This document shows, in pieces, positions 50,097 to 63,174 of a DNA stretch of 64,000 bases (its first letter is position 1; each line of letters opens with the position of its first letter). The DNA is taken from contig OZ024743.1 in assembly GCA_964016885.1 (NCBI GenBank), forward strand, positions 317,006,001 to 317,070,000, written 5' to 3'. The notes under the pieces are model-generated. The model was not told the origin of the DNA, made no database searches, and worked only from the letters and a program-made list of their open reading frames with translations. Made by a program: the position numbers and the translations under genes. Source of the DNA: Eledone cirrhosa. Its lineage: Eukaryota.

Positions 50097-51356
50097 ATGG
50101 CTGAACTAGAGAAGAAATTCCAAATATGGAAGCATGGTCTAGAATCAAAAGGCCTTAAAGTTAACTTGTCTAAGACTAAAGTTCTAGTTTGTAGAAAGGA
50201 AAATAGGGCACAGGTGCCCCAGGAAATGGCCATGCTCAGTGTGTGGGAAAGGAGTAGGCAGAAATTCCATTTTATGTCCCAAATGCAAACTATGGGTATA
50301 TAAAAAATGTAGTGGGATCACAGGTAAACTATCTAAGAACATAGATTTTATATGTGGCCGATGCTCAGGTGCAATAAGTAGCAAGTGCCCACAAGATACT
50401 AGCTCCTTCTGTTGCCCAGATGGTTCTATAGAAATAGTGGACACTTTCCGTTACCAGAACAGGATGGAAAAAGTTCAGAGAGCTTATACCGCTGTTGGCC
50501 ACAAAGGCAGATTGTATGATGCCTGTATACAAACAGAAATGCTACATGGGCATTGCGTGCAGAGGACCTGTGCAGACTGGAAAGGAACGAAGCATGCATG
50601 CTCCGTTGGATGTGTAATAGTAATATACGTGAATGGCAAAGAATAAATGAACTAAGTGAGAAATTAGGAATAAGAGGGATCAGATGCTGTTTACTTGAGA
50701 GAAGACTACGTTGGTATGGTCACGTGATGCGCATGGAAGACAACAGCTGCATAAAAACGTGCAGGGCGATCAAAATTGATGGTAGTTACGGAGTAGGTAG
50801 ACCCAGAAAAACCTGGGACGATTTTATAAATTCCGGCCTTACACACTTGCACCTCTCTAAGACAATGTCACTGGACTGAGATCTTTGGCGCTACGCAGTA
50901 ATACAGAAGACCTGCCTTGCCTATGTACAAAGCGAAACCTACAGTCAGTAGGCACCTCTTAACCAAATATACACCCCAATCTACTACCCTATCCTCCCAC
51001 TCCCACTAACACCACCCTCTCTCTGTAAAGCTGGTACCACAACATCCAGTCCAAATAAATGAGATAATGAGATCGAGATCGAGATCGTGTAGGTGACACG
51101 ACAAAAAAAATACAAAAAAAAACACACACAGTCCACGCTGTAATGTGGCCATGTAGGTAACACGGTAAAAAGTTCCCAGTTCCACACTGTAAATGTGGTT
51201 GGTGTTAGAAAGGGCATCCAGCCGTAGAAAACCTGCTAGATAGTCCTATATGAGACACGGTCACCCGACCAACCTTGCCTCAAGTGGGACAACTCCTGCC
51301 TAACCCATGCTAGCGTGGAAGATAGACGTTAAACGAAGATGATGATGATGATGATG
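50097..51356 (+). mobile_element. 5'-truncated RTE LINE inserted into the PLE remnant
   Basis: ORFs 50097-50303, 50239-50646 and 50553-50879 (PHD-type Cys/His, RRLRWYGHVMRM, GRPRKTW); (GAT)n tail at 51338-51356. Confidence 0.93.
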
Positions 51357-51690
51357 AATGTGAAATTATCCTTTTCTACAACCCCTAATTTGGTGGACTA
51401 CATAGCAAAGAACAATAAAATGAAACTTAATTCCTTTAGAATAAATGGTAGATTTTTAACTAATACTTGACCCTCTAGAACTAGTATAGGTATTATTACC
51501 ACTAATAATACTAATAGCAATAATATTCTCGTTGACAATAATACTGTTAACGAATGTATTTCTACTCTTAACATCACAAATGAAACACTCACTAATCTTG
51601 GTAATAATTACAACCTCATTGGTAGTAATACTGATACTTGGAATAATGATAATATTGTTAACAATAATGTAAACACCCTTCTAGAATCGA
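51357..51690 (+). pseudogene. Penelope-like element ORF remnant, part 2
   Basis: Resumes directly after the RTE tail: NVKLSFSTTPNLVDYIAKNNKMKLN, then an Asn/Thr-rich linker with one in-frame TGA. Confidence 0.7.
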
Positions 51691-53344
51691 TACTGATTTT
51701 AGGGATAAAGTACCAGTTGCCCTGGCATCAATTCAATCAATTTCTCCTCCCCAAAATTACTGGACTTGTCCCTAAATCAGAAACCATTATTACTAAATCA
51801 GAAACCATTATAAAGTACCAGTAATGCACTGGGTAATTGCTGGCCTTGTGTCTAAAAGTAGAAACAATTATTACTGTAGTAACACACTGGGTCGATTCAA
51901 TTGACTTTCCCTTCCTCCAAAATTGTTGGCCTTGTGCCTAAATCAGAAACCATTATACATAAACATATCATATAAGACTTCATATACACCTCTATACGAT
52001 ATACTTAAAATCTGATTCAGTCAAGTTTTACTAAGAATTTAAGTGGAGACTCTTGTACAGGAAATAGGTTATTTGGTGCAAATTGCCGACTGTATCTCTA
52101 CTACTATTACTACTACTACTACTACTAGTAGTAGTAGTAATAGTCTTCTGAGAAACTATTAGCAATACAAGTCATGTAATTCTTGTATTTAACAATTCTC
52201 ATCCTCCTCTATTAAAATAATTAGTAGTTGTTATCACACAAACCTCTAATATTAATAATTCTTACAATTCTTTATTCTTTTTGTTGTGTCACCAACTTAC
52301 CACTTTACAGTGTAGGCTTGGCGTTTTTTGTCATGTCACCAACTTGACCACTTTACAGTGTAGGCTTGGCACTTTTTGTCATGTCACCAACTTGACCACT
52401 TTACAGTGTAGGCTTGGCACTTTTTGTTGTGTCACCAATAGAACTTCTTTACAATGTGGACTGGGAGCTTTTTGTCATAGTTCCAAGACAACCACTTTAA
52501 AGTGTAGACTAGGTGCTTTTGTCATGGCTCAAAATGACCATTTTACAGTATGAACCAGGTGCCTTTTTTCATGGCATCAAAACGGCCACTTTACAGTGTG
52601 GATTGGGTACCTTTGTCATGAGGGTTAGGTGCTCTTTTGTCATGTTACTTTGGGCGATTATGTGCTCTTTTATCATGGCACCAACATGGAGGATTTTAAT
52701 TTAAATAGGAACCTTTTAAAATGGGTAGTTTTCTTTCATAGAGCTTCAGCCGAAATTGGCCAAGTTGGTATCAAAAGGGTTAATCTTATTTAACTTTGAT
52801 TTTAATCTCAGCTAGAGCCACTCTATCAAGTAAATGAAACAAATCCTTTAACCCTTCTGTTACCATATTTCTAATGAAAGACACTCTTTTACCAGTGGTG
52901 TTTGGAACATAACAAATTTTCTTAAATAAAATTATGATGGATGGTTTCTTGATAAATATTAATATATTAACACTTTTATTACTATATTTCCAATGAAAGA
53001 CACTGTTTTACTCTTTTAATCTTTTAGCTGTAGTGTTTAGAACAACAAAGTTGAAATTATGAAGGAAGGTTTTTAGATAAATACAAACAATTTATAACAA
53101 ACAGTTTTGTATCATAGAACCAAGTTCAGTTTCAGGCAGTTTGTAGGCAAAAAGGTTCACTTCTATCATTCCACCTCCTCTCATTTCTCTAGTCTAAATT
53201 CTTTTATTCTTTTACTAGTTTCAATCCTTAGACTGAACATTGGTCGAAAATCAATTAATTTTTTTTTCAATCTAGAAGAAAATACGTAAATTTGACGTGT
53301 TTATATGCCTATATAATCAATGTATATATATATATACACTCCTA

Positions 53345-53805
53345 CAAACGAAATGTTGGCTGCATGATGCCTGTGTGCGAAGTGCTATGCTGCATGGTTA
53401 TGATATACGGGCAATGACTGCAGAGGACATGCGTAGACTGGAAAGAAATGAGGCAAGCATGCTTTGATGAATGTTCAATGTTAATGTGAAAGAAAGACGA
53501 AGCATGGATGAACTGAAAGAGAGACTGAGCATAAGAGGAATCAGAAGAGAGAAGACTACATTGGTTTGGATGTATGATGTGCATGGATGATAATCGCTGG
53601 GTGAAGAAGTGCCAGGAAATCCCTGTGGAAGGAAGCCACAGCAGAAGAAAACCAAAGAAGACCTGGGCAGAGGTGATCTTCGATTGCTAAAGCTCATAGA
53701 GGAGATGACAAAGGAACATGACAAGTGGAGAGATGCTGTACTGAGAAAGGCCCATCTATCCCATGCAAATGTGAAACAATGGATGTAAAATGATGAGGAT
53801 TATGA
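53345..53805 (+). mobile_element. Degenerate RTE 3' fragment
   Basis: DNA similarity to the RLYDAC, RLERNEA and RLRW.G regions and to the acccatgcaag tail. Confidence 0.8.
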
Positions 53806-54313
53806 TTCATGCAGTCTTCATTATCTCTGTATCTTAGTGTAGTTGTAGCTTTTAATTCTATTTAACTGGGTAACTATATTTTATGTGGTGTGTTTAGGCT
53901 TGTATTTTATTGTTGGGTAGTGTTGTATAAGAAGAAGTTATGTATACATATATATAATGACCCAGCACTTCCTCTCCCATGATGGGATGTCTCACACACC
54001 ACACTCCACAAAACAGCATATATAGCCTGGACCCCTCTCAATTTGTTTCACTCACCTTACACTCAGCAATACCTCCCTGGCCTGACAAAGAACACACCAA
54101 GTACCCTAGTGTTGCAATGAAGTGACAAAACACATCACTGTAAAGGGATTGATGTTAGGAAAGGCTTCCAAGTGTAGTAACCAAGCCCAAAACAGGGTGT
54201 ACAAGCAAGACATGGTCTCCTGACCTATCTAGCCTCATAACACAACAAACCGTTCTAACCCATGCATGCAAGCATGGATCATAGACATTAAATAGTGATG
54301 ATATATATATATT

Positions 54314-55168
54314 TCATCATCATCATCATCACCGTTTTACGTCCATTCTTCCACGCTAGCATGGGTTAGGCGGGTTGTCCAGTTGTGGGCAATGCCAGGT
54401 CGGGTGTCCTTGTCTTGCTCATATGGGATCTGATTTTGGCTTGATTTCTACAGCTGGAGGCCCTTCCTAACACCAACCTCATTTACAGTGAGTGCTGGGT
54501 GCTTTTTTACCATGGCGCCTACATGTCCACTTCACAGTGTGGGCTGGGTGCTTTTTTGTTGTGACACTTCCATGACCACTTTGCAGTGGAGGAGGTGGGG
54601 GCATATTGTCTATATGCTTCAGCTTCGGCTTGTACCAGTGGGAAGTTGGGTCTTCTGTATTACTGCATGATGCCAGAGGTCATGGCCATATGTCATCGCC
54701 TTTGAGAGGTGCAATTGGGCAAGGTCAGCTTTTCTCACCTCATCCCAGGTCTTCTTGGGTCTCCCCACTCCAAGGCTTCCATCGACTTTTAGTGCTCTGC
54801 ACCTTTTTATGCAGATGTCATCCTTCATATGCATCACATGTCCATACTAACACAACCTCCTCTCCTGCACACAGCATTTGATTCCTCTTATGCTCAGCCT
54901 CTCTCTCTCAATTCGTTTATGCTTTGCCATTCGCGTATATTACTATTGCACATCCATTGCAGCATGCAAGTTTCATTTCTTCCTAATCTACGCAAGTCTT
55001 CTACACACAGTGCCCAGGTCTCACTACCATGTAACATTGCTGTTTGTATGCATGCATCATACAGCCTGCCTTTCATTTTGAGGGAAAAGCCTTTTGCAGC
55101 TAGCAGTAGTAGTAGATCCCTGAACTTCTTCCATCCCATTCCTACCCTGGTTACTGTACTTTCAGAAC

Positions 55169-55170
<2 letters not shown>
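54314..55170 (-). mobile_element. 5'-truncated RTE LINE
   Basis: GWKKFRDLL, AMLHGSETW, GRPKKTW; (ATC)n tail. Confidence 0.93.
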
Positions 55171-55199
<29 letters not shown>

Positions 55200-55244
55200 T
55201 ATATATACATACACTCACACAAGAAAAAGCAGTGGTTGGGTGCA

Positions 55245-55283
<39 letters not shown>

Positions 55284-56824
55284 GTGTATGTATATATATA
55301 TGTGCATATATATATATATGTGTGTGTGTGTATGTATATATATATGTATGTGTATATACTGTATATATATGTGTGTGTGTATATGTATATATATATTTAT
55401 TTATTTATTAAACAATCTGTGACATTTTAAGCTGTTAATATATATGTGTGAATGTGTGTTTGACTCTGTGTGTATTTGTGTCAGTTTGCATTAATGTATA
55501 GATTATATTTAAATGCATTTATATTGCTTTTTTTTAATCATTACTGTTAGAAAATTCAGATCAACTTACCCTTTCATCTCAGCAGAGTTATTAAAATTTA
55601 TCCTACCAGCTATAAATACTAGTTTGACAGATAGGTAACTAACTAGCATGCAACAATTTTTGTCAACACTTCTTACATTTCACATTTACACCAGATTTAA
55701 CTCTTATTTCTTATGAATGACCAAAAGAATATGATACAAGCAGCCGAAATGTGGTTCCTCCTCAGGTTTCTTGGAGTAATGTTATTTGATAGAGTGCATA
55801 GCTTGGGGACTAGAGAGGCACTCTAGGTAGAGCTGCTAATTCTCTGAATTAAGAGATCACACTATGATATTACTGACATGTGGTTAGAATGTCTCAGGAA
55901 AGAATCGTTGGATAGATTTTACGGGCAAAACCAGCCTGCAGGAGACCCAGTGGTAAACTCTGTGCAAGATGGGTGTATAACATCCATGAGCTTGGTTGGT
56001 CTCACTTGGGGATCCAGCCAGATCAATTGGAGACAGTTGCTTCTGACAGGACCCACTGGAAGGAGTGTTTGAGGAATATGTTCCCACAATTCTCCCAGGA
56101 ATAATTGGACAAAGAAGTGAAAGTCAAATAGTATATGTATTTTTATTGGCAAATATAACTATCTGTTTCAACTCATGATTTCACATCGGGGGTCTTGCAA
56201 AACATATACATAAACATTAAATAAACTGTTATATGTATCTGGAGATACTTCTATTTTATTATTTTAGGCTTTTTGATACCAAACAGCTTGTAGCCATCCC
56301 TGGTTTATGATATAAAACTAAATATATTTTCTATATTTATCTAAAATAATGTCTATATTGATCTAAAAACTTTCCACCATAATTCAATGTAAGAACCATT
56401 GTTTTCCAAAAATCTGCTCACTAATGAGAAAGTTAATTATATTACTTAATATCTTCAAATTCTTGATGATTTTAAATATTATTTGAAAATCATAGGCAGT
56501 GTATTTTATTATAAATAAAATTTATAACAAAAGGGTTAAAGCATCTCAACATTTTGAAAATATAATGAATTGTCTTTTTCCTCCTCTTGTTCTTTCTCGA
56601 TAGGATTGGGGTCATCCTAAGTCAGCGATCCCAGAGGATCATGAATGAATAATTGTTTCTATTTTTGGCACAAGACCAGCAATTAGTCCAGTGCATTACT
56701 GGTACTTTATTTTATTGGCCCCGTAAGGATGAAAGACAAAGCTAATCTCGGCGGGATTTGAACTCAGAACGTAAAGAGCCATAACTCTATGCTGCAAAGC
56801 ATGGTGTCTGATCTAATCAAAACA

Positions 56825-57257
56825 TAGGAAAATAGCTGTTAAAACAGCTCTAGAAAATTGGGCAAAATACCCCTATAGACAGGGAAAATGGCCACTTTCC
56901 ATCTATAGGGATATTTTACCTCATTTTCTAGGGCTGTTTTCACAGCTATTCTCCTAAATTCGAGATTTTCTACTTTTCTAAACATTTCAACTCACTCAAC
57001 ACTCTATATTTATGAGTCAATCTTTATTTACAGAATTTTGTCACATTGAAAAGCTGATATTTAGTGCTATTTAAGACAGGAATTATCATCATGTGTAGCT
57101 TAGCTCAATGGTACAGAGCGCTCAGATGGATTTGAGAGGCTCAGAGTTTGTAGCGACAGCTGGCCATCTTTTCTGTCTATAGGGGTATTTTACTCGATTT
57201 TCTAAAGCTGTGTTCATAGCTATCTTCTTGCATTAGAGATTTTCTACATTTCTAAAC
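56825..57257 (+). mobile_element. Foldback plus tandem partial copy with tRNA-like segment
   Basis: Palindrome 56825-56956 centred on tggcca; 56889-56983 is repeated at 57161-57257, preceded by tagctcaatggtacagagcgc (A-box-like). Confidence 0.65.
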
Positions 57258-57259
57258 TA

Positions 57260-57473
57260 TGACAGTCAGCTGAAAAGTTCATAGGCTGACTATGATGGAG
57301 TGATGCTAGTACTGTGAAATCTTGCATGCATTAATTTCAACTCTTCATATCAATAAATGCATTGTTTCTTTCTAGGGGCTATGTTGAAAAATAAACCTCA
57401 TTTGGTTGTTCTATGAGAGTATCTTGGTCAGCCTATGAACTTTTCAGCTTATGAACTTTTCAGCCGACCCTCA
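57260..57473. mobile_element. mariner-type MITE
   Basis: TA-TGACAGTCAGCTGAAAAGTTCATAGGCTGAC ... GTCAGCCTATGAACTTTTCAGC..GACCCTCA-TA, with a small duplication in the right TIR. Confidence 0.85.
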
Positions 57474-57759
57474 TATAACAAATACTTTCAATGTTGTTAC
57501 TAATCTTAAATTAAGTAACCCAGAAAGTTGGCAATATTAGAGAGAAAATAGTTTCTAGAAAGGATTTTCAGTTATGGAGAACAATTTCTAAAAAATGTAG
57601 ACTAACAATATGTGTAGGTGTACAAACATAACTTCTCCATCAAATTCACTACTTCGAGGTATTTCAAAGAATTTTGTCTTTATATACAAAACAAATAATT
57701 GTTTGGATTTCCTGCAATAATTGAAGAGAAGAATATGAGTGGGTTTAAGAATTTATTTA

Positions 57760-58180
57760 CTGACCAATACATAACATGGTCGTTAAGTGAGAAGTTTGTT
57801 TTAGTGACCAGTTCACTTTATGACCAAGGCAGTGAAACATGACATGGTCATTAAGGACTTTGTTTATTGACCAATATATAACCTGGTTGTTAAATGAGGA
57901 GTTTGTTTATGAGCCAATTCACATATGACTAAGCCAGTGGAACATAACATGAGGGGTTTTTTACTGACCAATTACTTCATGACCAAGTTCGCAGAATATA
58001 ACACATTTGTTAAGTAAGGAGTTTGTTTATCAACCAATTCACTTTATGATCAAAACTGGAACATAACATGGTCGTTAAGTGAGGACTCCATTTACTTTAT
58101 GACCAAGCCGGTGAAACATAGTATGGCCATTAAGTGAAGATTTTGTCTACTGACCAATTTACTTCAGGACCGAGTCATTA
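57760..58180. repeat. Degenerate ~60-bp tandem array bracketed by ~48-bp direct repeats
   Basis: aacataacatggtcgttaagtgag..gtttgtttactgaccaattcact units; atttcctgcaataat...gagtgggtttaagaa at about 57708 and 58218. Confidence 0.7.
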
Positions 58181-58875
58181 AGTTGCAGATTCAAAAGCAA
58201 ACTTTCTTTATATCTGTATTTCCTGCAATAATGGAACAAGGGATTGAGTGGGTTTAAGAAATTATGAAAGTTCTTCACAGGAGGTAGTAAATTATACACT
58301 TCCTGGTAGCTCACCTTCCCAAATTGGTTAGATAAGATAATTCAGAATACCTAGATTGACTTTAAAAATTAATCTCACAAAATATATCATTGAATTTATA
58401 CCTCTCACTTAGCATCTTTAAATGGATTTAAAAATATATTTATTAAACTTAATCTGAAATGCCTGAAAAAATCATTAACTTCATATTTTCTGGCATGTTT
58501 ACATGTCTACATATTAAATATGTGTATATTTATATATCCACTCTGTGTATATACAGATATAACTTTAGCGTACCTTCAGCTGCTAGCATACCTCTTACAA
58601 TATATCTTAATTAATTACTAACACGAGCACTAATTACATGCAAATTAGTATGTCCATTTCAGGATAATACTAAGAGCAAATGGGTATACATACCCATTTA
58701 GATAATATACATACCTTATGATGTGGGTCCACTGAGATCTGAAAATTGGGGAAATTCGTATTTTCAGGCATGTTTACCTGCCTACATATTAAAAATGTGT
58801 ATATTTATATACACATTGGTGCAGTCTTGGTTACACACTCTGTATTTATACAGATATAATTTTATCATATATATA

Positions 58876-59437
58876 CAGTAATCCCCCCACTATATCACGG
58901 TTCACTTTTCGTGGTCCCGCTACACCACAGGGTTTTCTTTGAAACGTATTTAATTTCTTATCGCGGTAACCCCGCTACATTGCGTATTTTTTGTTAGAAC
59001 ATCTATTTTCTTATCACAGTATGTACATCTGAATAAAAAGTGTTTAAAATTTAAACTTATTAAATAAGTTTCTTGTGGTTGAAGTGTATAGCGTAAGGAA
59101 GAGGCATGTTTTTAATTTTTATTCCATTACTGTTTTACTGATTGTGTTTTTCTCTAATCTACTATAAACCCTTCATAGATTGAAGGGAAATGTACAGTGT
59201 ATTACCAAGCGGCTAACGTGGCTGGTAATGGTTGTCATTGGTAACTAGTGGTGCAATCGTTAATGACAGTTTTGGGTGTTTATATACAAAAGTGCGTTTT
59301 AATGAGTTTATATGTACTTAAAGCATGTAGGAGAGGTATTTTAAGACTTAAACTGTGGAAACAACGGTTGTCTTTACGGTCTCGCTATATCACAGTTGGT
59401 TCTGGAACATATCCTCCAAATTGAACGGGAATTATTG
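58876..59437. mobile_element. Tigger-type non-autonomous DNA transposon
   Basis: TA-CAGTAATCCC ... GGGAATTATTG-TA, with the subterminal ctatatcac.g motif at both ends. Confidence 0.75.
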
Positions 59438-61141
59438 TATATATATATATATTATATATATATATATTATATATATATATATTATATATATATATATATT
59501 ATATATATATATATATTATATATATATATATTATATATATATATATTATATATATATATATATTATATATATATATATATATTATATATATATAATAATT
59601 GTTTCTACTTTTGGCACAAGGCCAGCAATTACCCAGTGTATTACTGGTACTTTATTTTATTGACCCCGTAAGGATGAAAGGTAAAGTTAACCTTGGCGGG
59701 ATTTGAACTCAGAATGGCAAGGGCCGTAACTCTATGCGTCAAAGCATGGCATCCGACCCTCTACCAATACTATATATAATAATGAAATACAAAGTAGTTT
59801 CAGATGTTAAAGTCCTGTATTAATAAGGCCATGATACATATTTCGATGACGACAGTGGCCACGCTATTCCACGTACCAGTGCCATGATCTCATAAGACAG
59901 CATCTTACATAATAAGGTTATGTTCTCGAAGCAATCTAAATTGAAGCGACAAGGGAACGGGCAAAAATGATATTCTTGAAGCAAACACCCATTTCCTTGT
60001 GAGCCCCAATCAACCTCCAGAACTTGCGCAGGTGCAAATGTGAAGGAAGCTGTCCAGCCAACTAACTATTTACCTCAAAACACAGTAAACTAGCCTAGGC
60101 AGATTCCCCCCCCCCCCCATCCAAGCCGACAATGTGACACAGTCGCAGATGCCAGCCAACTAAGTTGTAGTCCATTGCTAGTCTAGTGGCAGCCAACCAA
60201 AATTCTGTGGTAGTGGCAGGCTATGATTTTCAATCTGTTTCAATACTACCCCCAAACTATGCATGGACAATAGAATTGACCATCACCCACGAACAGAAAA
60301 TGAACTTAATTCAGGGGTCTAGATATTATGGTTTCACAATGGAAATTAAAATTGGTAATCAGATTGAGAATTAGACATTAAAAGTTAAAATCTAGATTGA
60401 AGTAAGTAAGGAATATAGTAAACAGGAAGTTGAGTAAATTATAGTTAGAAATTATGAAAGGGGATCATTAATGGATGTTACAGATGTATTATCCGTATAC
60501 TGAACGATAGTACCGTGCAGAAGAACGGAAGATAAATTTAAGGTATAGAATGTGATAATTTAACAAAAAGTTAGTTAATATCTTCTTCTATCACATGAAA
60601 CAAAAGCGAAAAATATATAAGGCGAAAAATATAAGAGGAAAAAATAAATATATATGAGAAAATAAACATATGGGATGCCAAGGTGTATACTTATAGACAC
60701 ATGTAAATCAAGATGGAAATGAAGGTAGACGTGGTGGAAATAGTGATTTCAATTACATTCACAATCCAGTGCGAAAACCGGTTAATTTTGTCCATGTAAT
60801 GTGCACATAAAAATTCCATGTCTGTCCGTTATCGGATGAAGTGAGGGGGGGGGGGGGTGCAGGAAAATAAAGGGTTTTATGTTGTGTGTGTGTTTATGCT
60901 TATTGTATGTAACTTAGCAGTTTAACAAAAACAAAGATCAATACATTAAATACTAGACTGGAAAAAAATAAGTAATGGGGTTGATGTGATTGACTAAAAT
61001 CTCAATAAGGCAGTGCCCAGTATGGGCGCAGTCTAATGACTGAAAAAAGTAAAAGAGTTTTTTAATTTGAAAGTTAGAATCGTCAACATTGTTTTGACTA
61101 CGAAAAATAGTCTAATAAATTGGGCTTATAAACCCTGGAGA

Positions 61142-61690
61142 CAGGCATATCTAGGGTATGGCAAGCATGGCACATACCATGGGTATCAATTGAAAGGGGG
61201 CACTACCTGGACTAGGATCACTTTCTATTAAAGTCAGATAAGCTATTGTCAGAGAGTGAAAAAAGAAACTTCTTCAGATGTATGATCTGTCTTTGATTAT
61301 CATGGGTGAGTAACATTATGGTGGCTGGATCAGTAAACCATTTTATATAAATTATTAGGCCCATAGTTAAAAATACAGTGCTGGGAACTACATGATCTCA
61401 GAAGCATACCTCATAATATGACATGTTAAATATCTTAATAAGGTTTTAATATTTGTCAAAGATCAGTATTACACAGATCATTCCCTTTAAATACACTAAC
61501 ACTTTTGCCAACACTTTACATGTACTTAAGTGTAAAGGTAGAACAAATGAAAATGCAGTTTAATACTTTAAACCCTCATTTATTTAAACTGCACTGTCAA
61601 TCCCATTGTCTAACAACTACTATATAGCTTTCTGCATGGGCAGGGGTGCAATTTCAATGTTTGCCATAGGTGCTATTTTCCCTCCGCCGT
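61142..61690. mobile_element. hAT-like insertion interrupting a foldback
   Basis: Starts CAGGCATATCTAGGG; tggagacag is duplicated at both ends; exact boundaries are ambiguous. Confidence 0.6.
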
Positions 61691-62918
61691 GGAGACAGAA
61701 ACATTTGTAGTGCTGCCCATGCGATATGCTGTACAAATTTTTCTGTCTCCAAGGTTTATATGCCCAACTTAGACTATTTTACATAGTCAAAATGACTTTT
61801 AACTTTCAAATTTAAAACTTCCTATTGCTCAATGGTTCTAAAAATAGATTGTTTAAGTAAAAGAATATCAGGAAAATACATTGACTAATAAATTTATGAA
61901 ATAATACTAAAACTGATGGTAAAAGAAGAGAAAAATATATGAAAAATGTGGCTTGTAGTTTTAGTTTTAGCAAGATATATTCTTCAGAAATGCTAGAATA
62001 TTATCTTATAATAACTGGTTAAAATAAGATTAACAAAATGTATTTTACATCTGTAATTCAGATCTTACATGATTTCAGTACGTACAAATGTGTAAAAACA
62101 TAGTACCTGTAAAAACACAGTAAAAATATAGTATGATGGGATCGTAGGAACACTGTATTGACATATGGTGTTTCATAGGGCATTTTTATACCTGGCAGAG
62201 GCCAGGGCTGAGTACAGTAGATTTCTTCTAGAAAGTGAGAGACAGGAAGTAAGAAAGAGATATAGAGGAAGAATCAACTGGTACTTTTTTTTAGTGATCT
62301 CAAATAGATGAAATGCAAAGTTGGCCTCAGTGGGATTTGAACTGAGAAAGCAGAGAGCCAGAATGAATGCAGCAAAACATTCTACTTGACATTCTAACAA
62401 CTTGGCCAATTTGCCACCTAAAAGCATAGAACCTGTGAAAAATTTACAGGGTTTATTTGAGTATGGGATAAATTATACCAACATAAATATGAATAGTTTT
62501 ACCTGTCTCAAGACATCATGTAATGTAATGTTATGAATAATAGTACTGTTACTTCCTAAGTTTTCAACATGTTCGTAATCTCTCATTCATTCTTCAATCT
62601 CTCACTGTATCATTCATGTCATCTGTCACTAGATACATTCTTTAACTCTTTCTCACATCTTTCTTAGTCATCAATACAGTCTTACTCTGTCTCACTGCAT
62701 TTTCCTTAGTCATCAATACAGCCTTACTCTTTCTCACTAAATCTTCCTTACTCATCTCATATTCAATACAGTCTTATGCTTTCTCTCTTTTTCTTTTTTT
62801 TTCACCTAATCTGTAGTACAATTAATTAAATAAGAATTTTGAATGATTTACTAAAATATTTTATTATTATGATAGTACTAGTAATATGGTTCTAAAATTA
62901 TTTTTGAAGATTTTAATT

Positions 62919-63174
62919 TTACTCCTTTGATACCAAACCACCTCAGACTACTGCTGATTTATTTTACAATACAAAACTGTTTATTCTAAAGTGTTTATAT
63001 TTATCTAAAAAACTTCAATCATAATTTTATGTAAGAACGTTTTTTAAGTTATGTTCCAGCTTAATAATGCGAAAGTTGTATTAATAAATCCCTTCAAATT
63101 CTTGATTATTTTCAAAATTATTTGAAAATCATAGGCAATGTCTTTCATTTGAAATATGTTCACAAAAGGGTTAA
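62919..63174. mobile_element. piggyBac-like MITE family member
   Basis: tta.tccttt ... aaagggTTAA ends; related AT-rich copies near 4600-4800, 8770-8990, 52848-53158, 56270-56478 and 63305-63435. Confidence 0.55.

Noticed and set aside
51465-51475. In-frame TGA as selenocysteine in the PLE remnant
   Set aside because: It falls in a low-complexity linker of a copy that also has a TAG and a probable frameshift, and no SECIS was recognised; a decay stop is more likely
59355-59671. YI/IY-rich ORFs (also near 8180, 33736, 42853, 55236)
   Set aside because: Translations of TA/CA microsatellites
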